In this document: positions 55,300 through 64,000 of the stretch, piece after piece | How the letters are laid out: every line of letters begins with the position of its first letter | Numbering within the stretch: the first letter of the stretch is position 1 | Assembly (NCBI GenBank): GCA_013115145.1 | Contig: JAAPAO010000003.1 | Coordinates: forward strand, 1 to 64,000 | DNA length: 64,000 nucleotides | Reading direction: 5' to 3' | Source: Perkinsus chesapeaki ATCC PRA-425 | Lineage: Eukaryota; Protista; Perkinsozoa | Made by a program: the position numbers and the translations under genes | Notes under the pieces: model-generated | What the model saw: only the letters and a program-made list of their open reading frames with translations | What the model was told of the DNA's origin: nothing | Database searches by the model: none

Positions 55300-56420
55300 T
55301 TTATACAGTTATCGGGCAGCATCACCGAAGCTAATCACGAGCGCGGTCTAACGGGAGCCCAGACTTGCAACAACGCAACTCACCATCGTTCTAAGAAACG
55401 CAGTATACGTTGGATCGTCACCAAGGAACTCTGTCAGCTGAGATACTTCCGCTCGATCTCCTCCCAGTCGTCCTCTTCCGTCTGGTACGTAACGTGCGAA
55501 GTGTACGCTCGGAACCTGAGCGACCAACGAAATGCTCCCACAAAAAGGCTTCACCTACGCCTGTGCGATTCCACCCAACCCTTCCACTTCGCTGGCCGGA
55601 ACCTGCCGAATACAAATATACCGACCCTTCGTTAATTAAGGCTTACATAGCCGACCGTTGGTGCTTTCAGGACTGGCGACAAATCCACGCTGTCTTGCTC
55701 GGAAGGCATCGCCCCATCAGAGGCGCTCAGATTCATCGTTCGTCGGCCCAAGAGCAGCTCGGAGCTCAGCTTCACCGACGAGCCCTCTTCAGCTGCTGCC
55801 TGAATCACGCCGCGCTTACAGTACACTAAGCTGCCGTTGCTCACCTGGCTAGCATCCCCTCTTCTACTGGCCATAATATCTGCCCACCATTCGCTAAGGT
55901 CGACAGCATCAGCCACAGGGGCCCCGCTGTAGTTGGCGGCTTCCTCAACGTAATAGCACGCCACGGTGTCTTCATCTTCGCCGTCCTGGGAACTCGTGCT
56001 CACATCGGAACTGAGCAACATCCAAATAGCCGTTCGGCATTCGACAGCCACCTACAATCGCCGTTTGGTTGAGCGCCGTGAGGCCGATTTTTCCTCGAGA
56101 TCTACATCGAGCACGTTGGAGCTCGGCGCTGCGAGGGAACTCGGCACTGCAGAAACCTGGAAGGGAAGCAGTACGTTTTTCGTCTTCGGTAAACGTCGAT
56201 TATGCCTACCTTCCTAAACACTCGAGTTCGCTTCCGATGCGGTTCGCTGGCAACTCCGCTCTTCTCGTGTATGACTGAGGAGGCTATCATCAACAGGCGG
56301 CACCTGTCTCCTACCAAGGCCAGCTGGGAGGGAGTCTTCCGATGGTAACTCCAAGGAGCCGCCTCGGCAGCGTTTTCGGAATCGCAACACCAGGGGCTCT
56401 TCCATCACATCCGACGGCAT
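55300..56420 (-). CDS. Hypothetical protein, multi-exon
   Basis: Exons MPSDVMEEPLVLRFRKRCRGG and EDTVACYYVEEAANYSGAPVADAVDLSEWWADIMASR. No family recognised. Confidence 0.4.
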
Positions 56421-56571
56421 TTAGTTCGCTACTTCGTGACCAGTGTTAGTGACGTTGTTCCCGACCACTCGGAGATAACACAATTCTCTCGGATTAAAGA
56501 AAAGACTACACTCCTACGATGGTGATAGCATTCATAAGGATATACAGAAAACAACCAAGCATAAATCAACA

Positions 56572-58222
56572 CTAGCATTCAGAGAACGAGTCCAACCTCT
56601 TAATTCGGGGGGGCTCGCGTAATGGCGGCGGCGGGGAGCTTCCGGATGATGCCGAGGCAAGCTGCATCAACTTTTCGATCTCGCGACGAGTGGAGTCGAC
56701 AACCGGTTCAAAGGCGGGATATCTCTTCTGTAGTATTCGGGCGTCCCAGCACCTCAGTGCCAACGACAGCAGCTCGAACTCGACCGGACGGAGCATCCAC
56801 GGACTTCGGCCATCCTCAGCCACTGGCCGGGCCCACTCTGAGACATAGCAGTCCAGGACCTGCACAGTGTCCCCGTCGATGAGGGTGTCGTCGCCGGCTC
56901 GGAGGGCCATATGGAGGGACATTGCTGCCCGACCAGTTGCTTCGAGATTCCACTCCTCGGCAACACAAGGCGACGCCTCTGCCTCCTCCGAGCTGTCTTC
57001 CTCATCCATGTCGAAGTCAAGCGGCTCGAAAATCTCCTCCACAGTGTACCCACAGCTCGGGTTACCAGGAGGCGGGGTTTTCTTTGAACCCGGTTCGTAA
57101 CAAGTGAAATAGAAGCCTCCAACATACTGGTGCCCACCGCCACCGTAGGCAGTACATATCTGAGAATCAACGTCCTACTAGCAAGGCCGACTTTGAAAAT
57201 CTTACCTCAGCCACATCGACGTCCTCCCGGTCCGTGCTCATAGAGACTCTATAGCGCCTCGTCGTATCATCGAAAAAGTAGATCAGTGCCAGGTCGGCCT
57301 TGGGCTCCATCTCCTCCTCTGGCACGTCCATGCCGTCATCCCTTTTAGCTCCCCGTCCCCTGTACTCCAGCATTTCCCCCATCACCCTTCCCTTCAGAGA
57401 TTGACTGGAGCAGTTCACCACCCTGGCCAACAGCTTAGGGAACAGCTTCAGCCGGCGCAGCCTCGATCGCCACACGTGTTGCCGGACGTCATAGTAGTAC
57501 TCGTCCACCTCTCCCGAGCTGCCAGCCTCAATACACTCGTTCAGGAACTCATCGCCTCGGTCGACGCAATCCGCGAAGGCTCTAAGGCACTGTTCATCGA
57601 TCTTACCCGGAGTAAAGATAGGCGGCTCGTAGTCGACTCGCTTGCATCTAAACCCTGTTTGGAAGTAGCTAGAGTTGTAGTACGTAAACCTTGCAATATC
57701 GCAGTCCTCGATGTACCGGAGCAGCAGTGGCACTCGAGCTCTGCGGCCCAGGAAGTAGTCCCAGGCCAAAGTGCAGGCGCTCTGCCGTTGATTAATTATG
57801 TACTCCACACCGGGGACAGGCGCTGTCATCCACTGTGTAGCCGTGGACTGATGGTGGTCCAGGATAATGCAGCGCTTGCACTTCCTCCCCAGCTCCTCAA
57901 GGACAGCTCTGTCGGTGTAAACGAAGTCCAGCAGAACCACGTTTTTCCCTTCGTAGTCGAACTCGATCTCGGTCTGGCTGTGCACCTCCCCAAAAAATTT
58001 CGGCAATTGGTCCTCCCTCACCGGCGTCGGAGTCTTGCGATCTTCTGTATCGTACCAGGACTTCTCAGAGGCCTGCTCCCTGGACGCTGACCGCCGATGC
58101 CTCCGATACCTCTCGTTGAGCAGCCCCTGATAGACCGCGTACGCCGCGCCCATGCCATCGTTGCAGGATGCGTGGAACACCACGACATCCACTTCCGAAG
58201 CGAAGATACGGCCTGAGCTCAC
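56572..58222 (-). CDS. DHH/DHHA1 phosphoesterase (NrnB/COG2404-like)
   Basis: VVVFHASCNDGMGAA, VVLLDF, IILDHH, SACTLAWDYF and PLLLRYIEDCD, plus spliced EDVDVAE|ICTAYGGGGHQYVGGF (DHHA1 GGGH). The N-terminus continues upstream. Confidence 0.85.
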
Positions 58223-58258
58223 ACAACAGTTAGCATCGGAAGCAGGACAAGTATGCTG

Positions 58259-59671
58259 TCAGTAGGGCCTCCAAAAGGGCTTCGCTCTGTACATGGCTAA
58301 ACTTCTTCCGGGCCATGCACGGATCAATGTAGTCTCAAAAAGACCAGTGAGGAGAGAGATATTTCGACGTGACCCGCAACCGAGCCCAAGCTGCTCACCT
58401 TTGTCGCCGTAAGAATGCCAGGCCTTGGAGATCTTGCCTTCACTGGTGTCCATCACCGCATAAGTGCCAGGAGGGTCGTGGAAGAACTTTGCATTCTTCG
58501 AGACACCCGGCGGAGGCTTGTCATGATCGTAGAAAATTGTGCGCACTGTGGAGGATTCTTCCCCCCATTTTGGGCCGAGGTATATCTCCGAGGAATCGTC
58601 ATTCCATCCAGTAGAGGACCATCCGGCTGCTCCCGACCACTCCGCGGTCGTCTTAGTCTGTAGATCGCCAGAGCCTACAAAAACTGATGAGTCGTAATCA
58701 CTCTACTTGCAGAGGGCTCCGCTTCCGTAGCTACTCACTGCGAACCAATTCAACGACATAAACTATTATTTGGATCCCTTGTATACCCGATCTACAACAT
58801 GACGCTCGACTCCACTTAACCCTTAAGCTACATACCGTCTTCCCAAGTACTAGACGACACACGAGAACGAGCTGCGCTAGCTGCTGCTTCTAATGGCGTA
58901 ATACTCCGTTGCACATATACCGCACCAGCTACTACCTTCGCGCTTATCTTCCCACCCTTTTCCATATCCACGACCATTCCCGCTGTTCTTCCAGCCACTA
59001 CGAGCCTGGCTTCTCCACTGATCCCTAGGCGGCTCTGCAGTTCCTTTATGTTTCTTACTCCACGAATTCGACCCTCCTCGCGGCAACGCCGGCTCTCCGC
59101 TACTAGATACCCCGCCCCCCGAGGCTTTACCCTTCCGTCGCTTGCTGCCCTGTGGCGACCTCTCCAGCGGCAAGCTCAGTCGCGGCCCGCCATGATCGGC
59201 TCTTGGCTCCAGAACCACCCTGGGCTTCTCCGCCATTTCCAACGAGCTTCCATCGCACTCCGCAGAATCGCAGGCAGTAGTACTCTCGAAACTGATCTCG
59301 TTTCGTCCAGAAGTGGACCCTTGAGGACTTTGCCACTTCCCATCTTTCCCCTCGTTAGCCCTCATATCAGCAGCTCGGCCGACGGCAGGAGTCAGAACCA
59401 CCTTGGCGTCCTTAGATCTGTTCCGGCGTCGACCCTTGGAGCTCCGCCTCCTCGACGACGGGCCGGCAGAGGCATTTCGTTCGCTCCAACTGGCACCCTG
59501 GCCTCCACTACGCTCCGTGCCCGTACTCCTCTGTCTAGAGGATGAGCCAGGCTGTTGCTTGCCATTATTCTGGTTTCCACCCGCGTTAGGCTTCCACCGC
59601 AGCCGAGGAGCCCATTCCCCCGTTGAGGCATCCGCGCCGGACCGGCTGCCACTATTAGCGGTGGATCTCAT
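58259..59671 (-). CDS. Low-complexity R/G/S-rich exons, possibly N-terminal part of the DHH gene
   Basis: Long disordered ORF 58877-59671 and exon 58259-58546 are co-oriented with the DHH exon, which begins at a splice-like site without an ATG. Confidence 0.4.
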
Positions 59672-59799
59672 GCTCGGGAAAAGGCTCAAACTGCACACTA
59701 AAAACGGAGATGCAAACTAAGCGACTTCCAATCAGAGAATCCCCAACGACTCCACAAATACATTCGACTATGCTGACAGGTAACGCAAGAGAAGGTATG

Positions 59800-61816
59800 G
59801 CTACAAGATACGTTGGTAAGACGGGACAGATGTCACTGCGTCGTCGATCGAAGCTCCGCTGCCTTGGTGAGGACTTCCTGAGAATGAGCCCTCCCAATCT
59901 ACTCCCCAGCCCCTACTACCTCCACCAGTGCCTTATCCTCCGTACCCATATGGTCAACACTCTGAGTGAGACATCTCCTCAGAGTTCGCAACTGACCGAT
60001 GCAAATGCCTATACTACAGAGCTGCCTACCCGGGACTACCTCCTGCGGCCCCCAGGTGGCCCCTTCTCTCGTTCGCAGTGCCTCCACATCATCCCCGATA
60101 TCCTTTTCGGCGGTCGATGAGCAGCTGTCCAGCAATGCGTCCAGATACCAGTCCAGAAACTTCCTAGAGCTGCCGGTGCCTCCAGGTCGGCGCAAATCCC
60201 CGAGCTCTGCGACCTAAGCAAGCGAACTGCCGCAATGCAGCTCCTATAAGAACGCTACTGATTGGCCGCTTTGCTTCACTCCCCAAAAAACCCGGCGTTG
60301 AAGGGACTTCACTATCCTACCGAGGGGAAGGTCCTGCCATTCATCCCCGGCTGAGGCAACATCCTCACCGCTCGGCTCGTACCTGCCTGGTATATACAAG
60401 GGGGCGCCATATCCAAATCAGGTCCGAAACGACCATGAATTTCGGCAACCTAGAGCATTCCTCCGCTGTTGCAGAGCTCTACACGAAGAATAAGAGCCCA
60501 CTATTTTATACGTTGTACTATGCCCCTTCGATTGGTACGTATAACATCACCAAGCAGCCTATGGAAATTTAGAAGGGCGAGCCCTCAACTTTCGGGTACC
60601 CTGAATGCAACTAAAATTGGTATAGCATCCCTCATTGGCTGAAGTAGAAATAGAGTAGTGGTAATTATCCAGGCCTGGAGACCACCCCAACTTTCCCCAA
60701 ATTATTATACTACTTCTCCGCACTGCCAACCTGACCCAGCGCTCTCTCTTGAGCCCGTGTGGCCCGCACAAGGAGACTAAGCAGGTGCTCGGTGACTTGT
60801 GCGTGGCGGCGACAGAACTCCTCTTGCTCCTTGGCCGATAGGGACCCTTCAGCCTGATACCGTGAATCCTCAGCGAAGTACCGTAATGTTACCTTTTTTA
60901 GATTGGGGAGGCTGAATAGTTGACCAAGCGGCGCAGAGGACGAGTCAGGGAAGCGATGGCCGAACTCAGGCAGCTGGTCAGCTCCTAACAGCAATGTCCT
61001 TCAGCGGTGATACAGGAGACACCAATGCGATTTGCGTGCAGTAGGTCGTTAACATGTGACCGACATAGCACAAGTCGAATACCCATTTATTATTATTATG
61101 AATTGACACTCGTGACACTGAATAGCATATCCCTGTTGCGGCTACAATATGGAGAGGCCTTTTCATAAGCATTCCCTCCAACGACTCCGAAGCAGATGCC
61201 TGCCTATTACTGCAACAAGCACACAAAACTCAGTGTGAGGCAGGATAGAGTCCGCCTCATTCTGGTACCAATAGTGGTTTAATTAACCGAGTTCATGAAA
61301 CATTACTGCCAGCAATGTTATGCTCAACAGCGACTATCTGGCTATTCGCAATCCACGGATCAGAGTCGTGAGGGTTTCACAGTGAAGAGAATGCCACACA
61401 CTTTGGCCCAAACTTGTATTATGGACTTATCGAAAAACGAGGCGGGAGACATGAGCTTCACGATACAATATGGATTCAAATGAGGAGATCTGTTCTCAGC
61501 GAAAGCATCACAGCTCAGTGCATTCCTTTTGGGCTCAACATTTGATATCCGTTAGAGCCTCCCCCCTTATTACCAACACCGAGAGCCTTCAAAGTCTCTC
61601 CCAGCGCCAACCAGAGTGCCTCCACCTCCTCATCGGCCTCGGTAACCTCCGAAGAAGCCTCTGACATCTCCTCCTGAACACATCGCAGATTTCCTCTCCG
61701 CCGCTTGGTCCCCTGAGCACTACATCTGACGGCTCATCATCAGACTCTCTAATCTCCTTCAGGGAGGACGGCGTAGATTCCTCCATTTCGTAGTCTTCCG
61801 AAGCCTTTCGAGCCAT
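59800..61816 (-). CDS. Hypothetical protein with acidic N-terminus
   Basis: MARKASEDYEMEESTP...; LSAKEQEEFCRRHAQVTEHLLSLLVRATRAQ; KFLDWYLDALLDSC. Confidence 0.45.
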
Positions 61817-61894
61817 TATATGGACAGTAGCAAGCAGGGCTATAAAGGGACAGGGATGTCTCTCATCCGAGCTGGGAAATCGGCCCCGAACTTC

Positions 61895-62240
61895 CTTGAA
61901 CTATTTTATATGATGACCTACCAACTACAGTCGGTTCACTTTTCCAATAGCCATGGTTGCCAAGGCTTCACTCTATACGCGAGACATTTCTCTTCTCATG
62001 AACTTGCCCAAACAATAAGATATATTACCATCCATAAAGAGAATAGTCCTGAACCTCTATTACTCGAGATAAGTCTTATGACCTATTAATTACAGTCGAG
62101 TGCCCTTCTGCAATAGCTACAATGCTTGCCAAGGCTTCACGCTTACGCAAGACATTTTATTATTCATCGACTTCTCAGAAAATAAGATACATTAGCATCC
62201 ATAAACTACATGAATCTATTACTAGCTATTATGACCATAT
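61895..62240. repeat. Degenerate tandem repeat, unit about 165-169 bp, about 2 copies
   Basis: Shared blocks: TACAGTCG (61926/62091), TTGCCAAGGCTTCAC (61957/62126), AATAAGATA (62014/62181). Confidence 0.85.
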
Positions 62241-62370
62241 CAAATCCTATCGGGACCCTGGGACCGTCTAAGGACCTTTAGTCCCTCGAGGTATGCGAAT
62301 ACCAACTCAACTAGTATATACGAAAATGCACAAGAAGTGAGATGCTATAAATAGAAACATAAGGACAAGG

Positions 62371-62730
62371 TCAAGGGAGGCACCAAACCACAATGGCTAG
62401 GAGGATGAGTAACTGACATCACGACAAGGCTCCGCCGGCATATGGAGGGACACCGTACCAGCACCACAACGACAACGTGTTTGAATATCCGCCAACACTT
62501 ATTCTTTTTCTTCTTAGGATGGCCCTGCTGGGTGTCGTCAGGATCAACCTGAGTAGAGGGCAATGGCCCAAAGCAACTGGTATCTCAGTACACTTTCCGG
62601 TGTATGAGGCTCTGGAGCCTCTATGTCCTCCACAGTGGGGCCTGGGTCTGGCTCTTGCTCTTTGCTCTGAAAAGGGTGCAAATATTCCCCCAGTGACATT
62701 GGAAGTTATCTTTACATGGAATGCTCCCAT
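62371..62730 (-). CDS. 73-aa tail-anchored microprotein with N-myristoylation-like start (4 exons)
   Basis: Exons 62730-62716, 62666-62592, 62548-62459 and 62412-62371 with three phase-0 GT-AG introns (49, 43, 46 nt). Product: MGAFH|SKEQEPDPGPTVEDIEAPEPHTPES|VDPDDTQQGHPKKKKNKCWRIFKHVVVVVL|LLILLAIVVWCLP*. Confidence 0.75.
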
Positions 62731-62867
62731 ACTGGACCGAAGAGGGAGCGCTGAGGTACTTTAATTTGATGAAGACAAGCTCAAACATGAACTGCAAGAT
62801 TCCACTCCACTGTGCATCCCTGCAACACAACTCAACAAGCTACTGAAAGCTACAGAGACTAGTCGGC

Positions 62868-64000
62868 TCACGAAGGGAGAACAAAGAACACTATTATCCA
62901 CACAATGAGTATCTGTCATAGGAGTAATGGAGGCTCGGCGATGCCGTCCGGGCTTACCAACAGGAGGATCGATATACACGCTACTTTACGCCAAAAGTTC
63001 TTCTTCTTGCTGTGATGGGTCTCCTGTAGCTCCTCCACAACCTGCCAAAAATTAGTCAATTAGTTTCCCAAAATTTTCCGAGATTTTCACAAATTTCACG
63101 ATTTTCCAATGCAGTGAAGAGATTCCGATGCTCAACTCTGGATGCCTGATACCAGGCTGCCTCAGCAGCCACCAAGGAGTCATTAAGGGACACCAAATCT
63201 TGATATTCAGAGGAGCAGCGGGGTACGTGGCAGTGAGGTGAGCAAGGCGGACCTACACCGCCAAGAGTTCTAGTCCCGAAAACACAGCTACACTACTGCT
63301 GATATTTCTTGTCTCATTAGGAAAATATATTCTAGTGAACATCCTATCATTGGGGGCATCTGGTAATTTTTGAGGAACACCTTTCAGTAATGCTGGGTGA
63401 ACCCTAGCAGCCAGCACGATCTCCCTCGACTACCTTCCCAGTGGAATCCTTAGCTTGCTCCATTTGCTCGTCCACCGCATCTATCGTATCCTGTTGCTTC
63501 ACCACTTCACCATGCAATTGATGATACATATCCTAGCTCAAACCATGCACCTCGCTCTCAGCCTCCTGCGCTACTACCTGTACCACGCCCATATTCTTAT
63601 CGACCTTTTTAAGATCCTTCAGCTTCTGACGCTGCAATGCTTCATCCAGTGAGACATCTTGGTCCTGATCACCCACGGCTTAACCAACCTCCCCGACTGC
63701 ATTCCCACCTGCAGTAGAGGCTCCCGAGCGGATGAATAGGAGCTCGACGGTGTGAATGGATTCAACGACTCCGGGTACGGTTGCCGAGGCTCTGAAACCA
63801 CACAGGTTTACGCCGCTATCCCAACGCAGCGGCAGTGGATCGAGGCAAGAAATACAACGTGAGAATACGCCTCTCCCGAAGCATGGAGGAACACCAAATG
63901 TTGCCAGAAAGAATGCAATCGATACTTCTTTTTGCTCTAAAACTAACTACTCGTTCCAGATACCCAGCCTGTTGGACCAAGCTTCTGCCCCGGCCCATGG
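62868..64000 (-). CDS. Syntaxin-like Qa-SNARE (5' end uncertain or beyond window)
   Basis: Spliced QRQKLKDLKKVDKNMGVVQ|DMYHQLHGEVVKQQDTIDAVDEQMEQAKDSTGK|VVEELQETHHSKKKNFWRKVACISILLL|ILIVWIIVFFVLPS* contains a SNARE heptad with Q zero layer and a C-terminal TM. Confidence 0.85.

Noticed and set aside
57401-58090. 229-aa plus-strand ORF
   Set aside because: Antisense shadow of the DHH exon.

Overview
Gene-dense eukaryotic DNA with many short (about 40-60 nt) GT-AG introns. Intron size, gene density and an alveolate-type RRM protein suggest a Perkinsus-like alveolate; this is inference only. The six-frame ORF track mostly shows single exons, so the gene models were assembled by hand and many boundaries are approximate. 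Recognisable genes: PKD2/TRPP-like channel (5'-truncated), intronless cyclin L, SIN1-like (CRIM+RBD, no PH), TFIIH p62/Tfb1, ABC half-transporter, TMEM41B/VTT, RRM protein, cyclic-nucleotide-binding K-channel, Fcf2, SRP54, signal peptide+TPR+GT61 glycosyltransferase, THI4 with a mitochondrial-type presequence, DHH/DHHA1 phosphoesterase and a Qa-SNARE. There are also three related small secreted proteins, tRNA-Ser(UGA) inside an intron, tRNA-Gly(GCC) and a RING-finger pseudogene. Most genes form tightly packed minus-strand arrays. The strongest leads are a hidden 73-aa four-exon tail-anchored microprotein that mirrors the adjacent syntaxin tail, the intronic tRNA with no nearby Pol III terminator, the PH-less SIN1, the secreted protein family, an altered channel filter (AVGYGN) and clusters of perfect odd-length palindromes in intergenic DNA. 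No CRISPR array, rRNA or intact transposase was seen.
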